Below are positions 38,550 to 47,005 of a DNA stretch of 64,000 bases, piece by piece. This stretch comes from Candidatus Altimarinota bacterium (GTDB taxonomy: Bacteria > Patescibacteriota > Gracilibacteria > UBA4473): contig OZ246423.1 of the NCBI GenBank assembly GCA_965231215.1, positions 192,001-256,000 on the forward strand, given 5' to 3'. The stretch's first letter is position 1. The number at the start of each line of letters is the position of its first letter. Below the pieces are notes generated by a model, which worked only from the letters and a program-made list of their open reading frames with translations, had not been told where the DNA came from and searched no databases. The translations under genes and the position numbers were made by a program.

Positions 38550-39209
38550 ATGAAAACCGCTAGAAACCTATTTTTGTTTACCCTAGGAGTCCTTACAGCC
38601 TCTGCCAGTTTTGCTTATACAGAACAATTTGACGATGGCTTTGATAATCCGCTTCAACCCAACGGACAAAAGTACGCCGCTGAAAGACTTGATGAAGCTG
38701 TAAAACAACGACACTACTACTATTTAAAAAACAAAATTAGAAATGGTCAGTACAAAAATCGAAAACAACAACTCTACCGACATCTAATTAGTCGAGCTAA
38801 AAAGAACGCCCCTCAAAGATCGACACAAGCCAAACGAACTGGAGCACTTCAAGATGTTCCTGATTATGCTCACAGAAGACACAGCAGTAGTTTGGTCACT
38901 GATGTACCAAATAACCCAAAAAGAAATTTTAGAGTTCGAGCCTACGATTACTACGTAGAAGGAGGGGAAGCTGGAGAAGAAGCCCTTACTGAAGATGTGA
39001 TTAACATGGCTACTCATCGAGTGCCTCGGATTGGACATAACAAAGCAAGCAGTCTTTCTTCTGTGGCTGACGTATTAGCCGCTATCCGAAACCAACAAAG
39101 AAAAATTGGAACTTCTGGCCGTGTTCCTGCAGGCCACCAAGCCACTACTTTTAGAAGAGGTGATTCTAGCCGAAATTTTCTGCACCCTTACATGAATTTT
39201 GATCAGTAA
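38550..39209 (+). CDS. secreted hypothetical protein
   Basis: Signal peptide ending ASASFA; followed by a terminator. Confidence 0.75.
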   Translation: MKTARNLFLFTLGVLTASASFAYTEQFDDGFDNPLQPNGQKYAAERLDEAVKQRHYYYLKNKIRNGQYKNRKQQLYRHLISRAKKNAPQRSTQAKRTGALQDVPDYAHRRHSSSLVTDVPNNPKRNFRVRAYDYYVEGGEAGEEALTEDVINMATHRVPRIGHNKASSLSSVADVLAAIRNQQRKIGTSGRVPAGHQATTFRRGDSSRNFLHPYMNFDQ

Positions 39210-39231
39210 GGCTTAACCTTTAAAATATTTC

Positions 39232-39265
39232 AAAAAATGGTTCGAATACTCGAGCCATTTTTTTT
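39232..39265 (+). terminator. intrinsic terminator
   Basis: AAAAAATGGTTCGA-ATAC-TCGAGCCATTTTTTTT. Confidence 0.75.
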
Positions 39266-39315
39266 ATCTTGAAAAAATTTTTGAATTTGTATAAATAAGA
39301 TAATCCACAAACAAT

Positions 39316-40683
39316 ATGGAAGGAAATTCATTTGATAGCCAGTCTGGGCCACCTCAAGCTTTAGAAGCCGAAAAATCATTACTCGGGTGCTTGCTTTTGG
39401 ATAAAGATGCAACACTAAAGATCGCTGATTTTCTACTCCCTGATGATTTTTATCATGACCATCACAAAGCTATATATGAATGTTGTTTAGAACTGTTCCA
39501 AAGAGCCGAACCTGTAGATGTCGTAACCGTCGCCACAAAGTTAGAAGGCAAACAAAAACTGGAGCTTATTGGAGGTCCTGAATATTTAGCCGAACTTCAA
39601 AATACTGTCCCGGTAACAACCCACATCTTTCAATACGCACAACTTATTAAACACAGAGCGACCCTCCGAAAACTGATCGTAGCTGGAAATGAAATTAAGG
39701 CCTTAGGGTTTAGCGCTGATGATTCAATTGATACGCTCTTAGAACGAGCCGAAAAACAAGTTTTCTCTATTTCTCAAACCTTTTTAAGAAATCGATTCAT
39801 CTCCATCAAAGAGGTACTAAGCGATAGCTATGAGCGTATTTCTGAAATTCATGAAAACCCAGAGCTCGCTCAACAAAATCGAATCCCAACACATTTTCGA
39901 GAATTAGACAGCAAACTGAACGGTGGATTTAATAGATCCGACTTGATAATACTAGCCGCTCGACCTTCTATGGGAAAAAGTGCGTTAGCCCTAGCCATCA
40001 CCCAAAACGCAGCCATTAACCATGGCAAAAAAGTGGGAGTCATTGCGCTAGAGATGTCCAAAGAACAAATTGTAGAAAGAATGTTCTGTGGTTTATTAGG
40101 CGTAGACTCTTGGAAATTACATAAAGGAAAATTAGACGATAGCGATTTTGAAAGAATGGGGCCCGTCATGGATAAGCTCGGGAATGCCCCAATCTTTATA
40201 GACGACTCTATGGGAGCCTCTATCGCAGAACTTCGAGCTAAAGTTCGAAGACTACAGATGGAACACGGACTTGATATGCTGGTTATTGATTACCTCCAAC
40301 TCATGAGTGGAGAAAACCCCCTAAATCGAGTACAAGAAATATCAGAAATTTCACGAAGCCTTAAAGAATTAGCGCGAGAACTGAACATCCCCGTAATCGC
40401 CCTTTCCCAGTTATCTCGTTCTGTTGAGTCTCGACCAGACAAAAGACCTATTCTTTCAGATTTAAGAGACTCTGGTTCTATTGAACAAGATGCCGATGTA
40501 GTGATGATGCTGTACCGAGAAGATTACTACAATGAAGACTGTGCAGAAGATGAAAAAAACACCTTAGAAGTAAACGTGATTAAACACCGTAACGGAGCAA
40601 TCGGAAGAATGAGCCTGTTTTTTGATAAAAGCCGAATGAAATTTGCAGACCTCGATAATACGCATAGGCAAGCAGGGTTTTAA
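39316..40683 (+). CDS. dnaB: replicative DNA helicase
   Basis: PPQALEAE, ILAARPSMGKS, VIDYLQL, SQLSR, DLRDSGSIEQDAD, KHRNG; no intein. Confidence 0.98.
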   Translation: MEGNSFDSQSGPPQALEAEKSLLGCLLLDKDATLKIADFLLPDDFYHDHHKAIYECCLELFQRAEPVDVVTVATKLEGKQKLELIGGPEYLAELQNTVPVTTHIFQYAQLIKHRATLRKLIVAGNEIKALGFSADDSIDTLLERAEKQVFSISQTFLRNRFISIKEVLSDSYERISEIHENPELAQQNRIPTHFRELDSKLNGGFNRSDLIILAARPSMGKSALALAITQNAAINHGKKVGVIALEMSKEQIVERMFCGLLGVDSWKLHKGKLDDSDFERMGPVMDKLGNAPIFIDDSMGASIAELRAKVRRLQMEHGLDMLVIDYLQLMSGENPLNRVQEISEISRSLKELARELNIPVIALSQLSRSVESRPDKRPILSDLRDSGSIEQDADVVMMLYREDYYNEDCAEDEKNTLEVNVIKHRNGAIGRMSLFFDKSRMKFADLDNTHRQAGF

Positions 40684-40748
40684 GGCACAGTGTGAAACCT
40701 GCTTCCGGCTCTTTTACCCGAAGAAAACACAGGCCTCACCATTTTGGT

Positions 40749-41540
40749 TTATGCTAAATTAATCCATTCAATGTCAGCTCTTCCACGCCACCAAGTGAGC
40801 TGCCTTTTGGCGTAGTTTCTATTTCGCTGTTGATTTAGTTTTAACGCTTCTTCGTATGTAGACGTACCTTCAAGGTAAGCTTGGATTTCCTTGTATCCAA
40901 AACTCGTAAAAGCACTTTTTGTAATACCCGGATATTTTTCTAAAACCATCTTTGTTTCTTCAATCAGTCCATTTTCAAATTGATATTCAGCTCGCCGATT
41001 TATACGATCATATAATACTTCTCTATCCCACTGCAGCCCCAACTTTAAAAAAGGCCATAGAGGCGCAGATTTCTGTGTTGATTTTTCAAATATTGAGTCT
41101 CCATCGTTGCTAGGATTTTCACTAAATACGTAGTTTTCAGAAATAGCATCAAGCCATAGCATCGTCCCTCCACATAAAACCGGAATATTCCCACGATCAA
41201 GAATTGCTTTAATCGTTTTAAACCCATAAGCCTTAAATTTCACCACATCGTAGGATTCATCCAAGTTCACTAAATTAATACCATGATGAACCACGCCTTG
41301 ACTTTCTTCTTTGGTGATTTTAGCTGAGCTAATATCACAATCTTTGTAAACCTGCCTAGAATCTACTGAAATTATTTCAACTTCACGATTCAATTTTGAG
41401 GCGATAAATTGAGCCACTTCTATAGAAAACCCTGTTTTCCCACTAGCGGTTGGGCCAATTATTTCCAAGACCCCTTGAGGGTTTTCTTCAAGAAATTCTG
41501 CAACTTTAAGGCTTAATGAAGAATCTAAAATTTTAGGCAT
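40749..41540 (-). CDS. miaA: tRNA dimethylallyltransferase (internally shortened)
   Basis: GPTASGKT, IISVDSRQVYK, GGTMLW, LYDRINRR, GYKE, RNYAKRQLTWW. Confidence 0.93.
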   Translation of the reverse strand: MPKILDSSLSLKVAEFLEENPQGVLEIIGPTASGKTGFSIEVAQFIASKLNREVEIISVDSRQVYKDCDISSAKITKEESQGVVHHGINLVNLDESYDVVKFKAYGFKTIKAILDRGNIPVLCGGTMLWLDAISENYVFSENPSNDGDSIFEKSTQKSAPLWPFLKLGLQWDREVLYDRINRRAEYQFENGLIEETKMVLEKYPGITKSAFTSFGYKEIQAYLEGTSTYEEALKLNQQRNRNYAKRQLTWWRGRADIEWINLA

Positions 41541-41573
41541 ACTTTTAAACAACCTAAACATTACACAAAAAAA

Positions 41574-41650
41574 TGGTGAGCGATAGAGGATTTGAACCTC
41601 TGACCTCCTGCGAGTCAAGCAGGCGCTCTAGCCAGCTGAGCTAATCGCTC
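41574..41650 (-). tRNA. tRNA-Val(GAC)
   Basis: GAGCGAT/ATCGCTC acceptor stem, AGCTCAGCTGG D-arm, CCTGC-TTGACTC-GCAGG anticodon arm, GGTTCAAATCC, encoded CCA. Confidence 0.9.
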
Positions 41651-41653
41651 TTA

Positions 41654-41767
41654 ACCGAGCAAAAGCGGAGAGCCGTAGGCGCGCTTTTGCGAGGAAGACG
41701 AGTTTCAAACGGAGCAGAGCGAATAAATTACAAGGTAATTTTGAGCTAGCGTAGTTTAAAACGAAGT
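41654..41767 (+). repeat. structured two-arm element in the tRNA spacer (family C)
   Basis: ACCGAGCAAAAGCGGAGAGCCGTAGGCGCGCTTTTGCGAGGA matches trmD-element ACCGAACAAAGGCGGAGAGCGACAGCGCGCCTGAGTGAGGA; both contain GCGTAGTTT and ACGAAGT. Confidence 0.75.
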
Positions 41768-41841
41768 GGTGGCGCGAGGTAGAATTGAACTACCGACACA
41801 AGGATTTTCAATCCTTTGCTCTACCACTGAGCTACCGCGCC
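41767..41841 (-). tRNA. tRNA-Phe(GAA)
   Basis: GGCGCGG acceptor 5' strand, AAGGA-TTGAAAA-TCCTT anticodon arm, GTTCAATTC T-loop, encoded CCA. Confidence 0.95.
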
Positions 41842-41898
41842 AAATAATCAAAACAGCCAGCCGATTGTACGGAAAAAGCCATACAGGTCAAAAACAAT

Positions 41899-42447
41899 TT
41901 ACACATTCAAAATAACTACATCAGTCTTATCATCAGACAAACTTGATTTAGTAATGTTAATGGGATTTTCTTCTATATTTTTAGCGCCTGCATTTTCTAC
42001 CATTTTAGGGAAAAATCCAGCGTCTCCGCTCAAAATCACCATTCGTGGATCTACCTTATCAATAAGTTCTTTAGCCATTTTATCGTTAAAATTTTCACTC
42101 AAAGTCACCAGTCCAATATCTACACTTTCCCCTAAAGATTCAAAAAAGTCAGTTCCAGGCACCTCTTTCAGGTTCCCAAAATGCACAATGGCTATATCTT
42201 CAGCTACAACTTTATAGACAACGTTCTCACGATTATTGGTAAAAAATCCTTCCACTAAAATACCGGATATTTCAAATTCTCCCGGCAGATTCAGCACCTT
42301 CACATCCGTTGAGTCAGCCTCTTTTCTGGCCTTACTAAAGGCTATAAAATCTATTGAGCTATCTACCGCCCCTTGAGGATTTAAAATACACTCCCCTTCT
42401 TTGGCCTTAACCGCAAAGCTATCGCCGCCCATAAATTGAATTTTCAT
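41899..42447 (-). CDS. degenerate MBL-fold (lactamase_B_3-like) protein
   Basis: LPGEFEISG, IVHFGNL, IDKVDPRMVI; the HxHxDH metal motif is absent. Confidence 0.7.
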   Translation of the reverse strand: MKIQFMGGDSFAVKAKEGECILNPQGAVDSSIDFIAFSKARKEADSTDVKVLNLPGEFEISGILVEGFFTNNRENVVYKVVAEDIAIVHFGNLKEVPGTDFFESLGESVDIGLVTLSENFNDKMAKELIDKVDPRMVILSGDAGFFPKMVENAGAKNIEENPINITKSSLSDDKTDVVILNV

Positions 42448-42618
42448 ACTTTGTGAGTAAGTTCCGATAGATTCTAAAGATATAACATCAAATCTCAACC
42501 AAAAAAATATGGAAGTTCGAACCACCAGCAAGGTTCTTGCAAAAGGCACATTGATTAATACGATGTTGCTAGACACTTGTTTGTGACCCAAAAATTCGCA
42601 TTTTTTGAACTTTTCGAA

Positions 42619-43074
42619 ATGAAGAAAATTCTAGTAAAATCAATCCCAAACCATGAAGCTATGAAATCCGCAGCCAAAGACATTTGGGAAAATCATCTAC
42701 AACCAGAAGCTAAGTTTAGTTGTTTTTTAGAGGGCAGTCTTGGCGCTGGGAAAACTTATTTTATACGCGAAGTGCTCCACTTAGCCGGCATAACGCAGGA
42801 AATTCCCTCACCTACTTACACCCTAGTAAATGAGTATAACACAGATACAAAAAACTTTGCTCATTTTGACTTTTATAGACTGGAAGCCCCTCAGGACTTT
42901 TTTGCTCGAGGGTTTACCGATATAACCGATACCCCAAATACATGTTGTTTTGCTGAATGGACTGAAAAAATTTCTCCCGACGCAAAAGCCGCCTTCACCG
43001 GCAAAAAGTACGTAATCAAAATTGATTTTGGCATTGGCGTTGGAATGCGTAAATTAACGCTGCTCGAAGCATGA
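42619..43074 (+). CDS. tsaE: tRNA t6A biosynthesis ATPase
   Basis: LEGSLGAGKT, SPTYTLVNEY, HFDFYRL, EW. Confidence 0.93.
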   Translation: MKKILVKSIPNHEAMKSAAKDIWENHLQPEAKFSCFLEGSLGAGKTYFIREVLHLAGITQEIPSPTYTLVNEYNTDTKNFAHFDFYRLEAPQDFFARGFTDITDTPNTCCFAEWTEKISPDAKAAFTGKKYVIKIDFGIGVGMRKLTLLEA

Positions 43075-43129
43075 AAAAATTTAGATACATAGCTGGAGTT
43101 ATCCACTGGATTAAAAAACGAAAAAAATA

Positions 43130-44110
43130 ATGATTAAAAACTTCATCCTGCTTCACGGACCAGATGATTTTCGGATTCATGACCGAAAGCAGTTTTATCT
43201 AAAAGCCTTTACTGAAAAATATCCAGACGGAGAAGTCGAGTATTTTGAAGTTAAAAGGGAATTTTCTGAACTTGAAAATGCCGTTCTAACCCCAAACCTC
43301 TTTGCCTCTAAAAGGCTTATTATTACTGAAAATTTTTGGACACCAGATAATTTTGAAACGGCTTTAGAATATGAATTTTTTACGAAAGTTTCGGAGGTTG
43401 CAGACAGCTGCAGCATTATTGCCATTGAAGGCGAATTGGACAAACGTACCAAGGTGACTAAACACCTTACACAAAACGTTTCAACTGAACATTTTGGCCT
43501 TCTAGATGAAACTCAAATCTGTGATTGGATCATTAGATTCACCGAATCAAAAGGAGGGAAAATCAGTCAAAACGAAGCTCGAATACTCTTAAACCGATGT
43601 GGTGAAAACGGCTGGAACCTTAGTCAAGAAATACAAAAATGCATCATGACCCATGAAGAAAAAATCATCACAAAAGAAAATATTGAAGCCCTAACCATTC
43701 CGCATCCAAAAGTCATTGTATGGGATTTTTTAGCCAATCTAAGCCAAAGAAAACACACTCAAGCCATAGAAAAATTTAGAACCCTCATCCATACTGGAGA
43801 ATCAGCCCATATGCTGTTTTCTATGATCGTAAGAGAAATCAGAATTCATGCACAAATCAGAGCAGGCCTAGACCAAAACCTGTCCCCAAAATCTATAGCC
43901 TCACAAACCAAACTCCACCCATTTGTCGTACAAAAAACCTGTCCCTACACCAAAAACTTTAGCCAACCTCAAATTGCCAAAATGTATGACACCCTCCTTC
44001 AAATAGACCGCAAACTAAAATCTGGAGGAATCACCGTTACCACTGATGATCAAAGCGAATTTGAACTCGCTATTGAAAAGTTCATTGTAGAAGCCTGCCA
44101 AAAAAACTAA
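43130..44110 (+). CDS. holA: DNA polymerase III delta subunit
   Basis: LLHGPD, LFASKRLII, LDKRTK, LSQEIQK, LHPFVVQK, IDRKLKSG. Confidence 0.9.
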   Translation: MIKNFILLHGPDDFRIHDRKQFYLKAFTEKYPDGEVEYFEVKREFSELENAVLTPNLFASKRLIITENFWTPDNFETALEYEFFTKVSEVADSCSIIAIEGELDKRTKVTKHLTQNVSTEHFGLLDETQICDWIIRFTESKGGKISQNEARILLNRCGENGWNLSQEIQKCIMTHEEKIITKENIEALTIPHPKVIVWDFLANLSQRKHTQAIEKFRTLIHTGESAHMLFSMIVREIRIHAQIRAGLDQNLSPKSIASQTKLHPFVVQKTCPYTKNFSQPQIAKMYDTLLQIDRKLKSGGITVTTDDQSEFELAIEKFIVEACQKN

Positions 44111-44120
44111 GATACTCACA

Positions 44121-44891
44121 ATGGAAATTCAATTGGCTGCGATTATTGCGGCGGTTTACGGAATGATTTTAGGGAGTTTTTCTAGTGCGCTCATTCACAG
44201 ACTCCACTTTGATGAACCCGGCATTATTAATGGCCGGTCTAAGTGTCCAAAATGTAAAAAAACACTCACCTGGAAAAATTTAATTCCCGTCCTTTCTTGG
44301 ATTACACAAGGCGGGAAATGTCATAATTGCCAAAAACCCATCTCTGCCTTTTACCCTTTTATAGAGCTCAGCTTTGGATTTGTGTTTTACCTGTTTACCT
44401 ACAAATTTTACGGAACCGCAGACTTCATCCCAATGCTGATAGCCAGCTTCTTTTTGTTAGTGCTTTTTTACTATGACCTACTGTATATGGAGGTAGACCA
44501 GCGAATTGCTTTTCCCGCTATTGGGTTGGCTGCAATTTGGACTCTTTTCCGCGAAAGCCCAGACCTACAAACCCTCTGGATTGGAGGTTTGCTAGGGCTT
44601 TTATTTTATGCGGTTCAACACTACGGCTCTAAAGGCCGATGGGTTGGTATGGGAGATTTATACTTTGGATTGCTGCTTGGACTTTTGCTCGGTTGGAAGT
44701 GGCTACTGCTCTGCCTATTTCTGGCCTATATTATTGGAAGCCTCGTTGCCATTTACCTCATTACAGCCAAAAACTATAAAGGGAAATCTGAAGTTCCAAT
44801 GGGCGCTTTTTTAATGCCCTCAGGAATAATATTCTTGTATATGGGAGATGCCCTTTGGGCTTGGTACTGGAATAATCTTATTGTGATCTAG
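44121..44891 (+). CDS. pilD: type IV prepilin peptidase (A24)
   Basis: GSF, RSKCPKC, LIPVLSW..QGGKCHNC..PIS..YP..E, GMGD, VPMGAFL. Confidence 0.9.
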   Translation: MEIQLAAIIAAVYGMILGSFSSALIHRLHFDEPGIINGRSKCPKCKKTLTWKNLIPVLSWITQGGKCHNCQKPISAFYPFIELSFGFVFYLFTYKFYGTADFIPMLIASFFLLVLFYYDLLYMEVDQRIAFPAIGLAAIWTLFRESPDLQTLWIGGLLGLLFYAVQHYGSKGRWVGMGDLYFGLLLGLLLGWKWLLLCLFLAYIIGSLVAIYLITAKNYKGKSEVPMGAFLMPSGIIFLYMGDALWAWYWNNLIVI

Positions 44892-44893
44892 CT

Positions 44894-45268
44894 ATGTGGA
44901 GAAATTTTAGCCTAACGGTAATCATCTTGTGCCTCAGTGGAGGGATTATCTATACGGCTATATTTAATTTGGATCCATTAGGAGAACAGGCTTTGGCTGC
45001 CTATTTAGCATTATTTTGTGGGTTATTTTTTATGAGTCTTTCTTTTTTCACGTTGTTCTTTTTCTTTGCGGCAGAGCTTTTTAGTGGGTATAAACTTGGC
45101 AATCGAAGTTTTCTTATTGCCACAAGAAGAGCGTTACTTTTGACCCTCTTTTTCTTAGCGCTTTTAGGCCTTCAGTTTTTACGGTTATTGGGCATTGAAG
45201 AAGCTATTCTTTTGGCTGTCTTTTTTGGACTTACTGAATGGATCTTTTTGACCGGGAAATATTATTAA
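44894..45268 (+). CDS. hypothetical 4-TM membrane protein
   Basis: Hydrophobic ORF 2 nt after pilD; LDP and RRA motifs. Confidence 0.75.
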   Translation: MWRNFSLTVIILCLSGGIIYTAIFNLDPLGEQALAAYLALFCGLFFMSLSFFTLFFFFAAELFSGYKLGNRSFLIATRRALLLTLFFLALLGLQFLRLLGIEEAILLAVFFGLTEWIFLTGKYY

Positions 45269-45328
45269 AAAATTGACAATATGAAAATTTGATTTATTCT
45301 GTATTTTTTGTATATCTTTAATTAGAAA

Positions 45329-46051
45329 ATGCAAACACTAACTACTGGCGAAAAAAACTTAGACAAACTACTTGAGGTAAGCAGCTTAGAATCTTCTGAA
45401 GGTGAAAAACGTATCCAAGCTTACAAAAATTTTTGCAAGCTAGCTTGTACCAACTTTATAGGTAATCAGCCCTCAGTATATGGAAATATTGAATATTTAA
45501 TCGAGGTAGCCTTGCAGAAATTAAACCTCGATGGCATTGAAAATAAAGACTATGAGTCTTGCCTTCAAGCAAGAAAGGTAATCGAAAGCCTCTATAGCTC
45601 TTTGTCAAAGTTTATTGATAGTAGAAATGATGCCAGTGTATTAGAGGATGTCGAAAAAAAGTACGTGGATCAAGAAGTCAGAAACGTTAGCCAACATCAG
45701 CAAAGATGTGATGGATACACCTCTATTGTCCCCGAAAGTATACAACCCACAAATATAGAGTGGGTGATTTTAAACCAAAAACACATTTTTAGGGGGAAAG
45801 ATTGCCCTAGGACTCTAACTCCAAGAGTAAGAGATGAAATGTATAAAGATAGTCGGGTATTAGAATACGAAGAAAAGCAAGCCATTATTGAAGCGGTAAG
45901 AGTGTTTATAAAAAATCTAAATCATATTAGAAATTTAGTGTTGGCCACCCTTTCTGATAAAGTTTATGAAGCAACTCGCGAAGATCGAATTGAAAGTAAT
46001 GACGATTCACTCAGAGAACAAATTCGACTTATAAACTTAGATCAAAGTTAA
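45329..46051 (+). CDS. hypothetical protein
   Basis: 240-aa ORF; TTGACA..TATTCT upstream. Confidence 0.7.
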   Translation: MQTLTTGEKNLDKLLEVSSLESSEGEKRIQAYKNFCKLACTNFIGNQPSVYGNIEYLIEVALQKLNLDGIENKDYESCLQARKVIESLYSSLSKFIDSRNDASVLEDVEKKYVDQEVRNVSQHQQRCDGYTSIVPESIQPTNIEWVILNQKHIFRGKDCPRTLTPRVRDEMYKDSRVLEYEEKQAIIEAVRVFIKNLNHIRNLVLATLSDKVYEATREDRIESNDDSLREQIRLINLDQS

Positions 46052-46056
46052 AAAAC

Positions 46057-46911
46057 CTAATCAAGATTCACAGTGATCCCAATCGTCTCCAAGCACTCTA
46101 GAATTTGATCTGAATCTTCGGCTTCTGATAGATCAATTAAGTCACCTACTGACAGCCTCTGCCCAATAAATGAAATAAGCTCTTTAACTTGTGCTTGATG
46201 AACTTTGTAATGATCATCAAATTCTAAGACATCACCAAACGAATGTGAGTTTTCTAAAAATGATTCTAAATCTTCTCCTAAATCAAACTCAACTCTTTTC
46301 TGTGAAATCAAATCATCGACCCAAGATAGAAAATCATATTCTTTCTCTAAATCTAATTTATCTAAAGCTAACCCAAAAGCTTCTATAACAATTTCTCTCA
46401 CTACCGAATTACAAACACTAATAGTAAGTTTAGTTCGTTCAGATACATCATCCTTAAGGCGATGGGCAAATCTAAGTCCTTCTAGAGTTACGGCTTCAAC
46501 AGGAACACTTTCATTATCTGGGTGAGAATCTTCAATAGAATCCAATTGATAATCAGCTAACACTTTTGCTAAGCCTTTCCGTCGATAATCTGGATGAACT
46601 ATGAATAAGCCCAGTTCTCCATTTTCATTTTCTTGCGGCAATTGACCACCGAGTGCGACTATTCGATTTTCAGAATTTCGAATACACGTTAAATTTGTTA
46701 AAGAATTAAGCCTGTCTCCAGCATTGCCTCCAGCAAAACGTCCAGCAGGATTGTAGGGAATATGGGTACCCCAATAATCATGATAAAAGTCTCCAACCTC
46801 AGTATAATATTCATCAAAATCCGTAAAACCAAGATAAGAATCAGCGTGCTCCACCCAAAAGGTTTCACCACCAATTTCTATAGATTTTAGCCCGTTATCA
46901 ACCTCTACCAT
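46057..46911 (-). CDS. GNAT-family acetyltransferase domain protein
   Basis: ELGLFIVHPDYRRKGLAK acetyl-CoA binding motif A. Confidence 0.75.
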   Translation of the reverse strand: MVEVDNGLKSIEIGGETFWVEHADSYLGFTDFDEYYTEVGDFYHDYWGTHIPYNPAGRFAGGNAGDRLNSLTNLTCIRNSENRIVALGGQLPQENENGELGLFIVHPDYRRKGLAKVLADYQLDSIEDSHPDNESVPVEAVTLEGLRFAHRLKDDVSERTKLTISVCNSVVREIVIEAFGLALDKLDLEKEYDFLSWVDDLISQKRVEFDLGEDLESFLENSHSFGDVLEFDDHYKVHQAQVKELISFIGQRLSVGDLIDLSEAEDSDQILECLETIGITVNLD

Positions 46912-47005
46912 CTGAGTATTATACAGTAAAAATCAAACTTAAGGAAACGAAAGTAGACAAAACAAGGAAATGTTGATATAGATAAATAAATCCACAATTA
47001 ATTCT

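Noticed and set aside
41541-41618. N-terminal extension of MiaA
   Set aside because: It overlaps the tRNA-Val gene.
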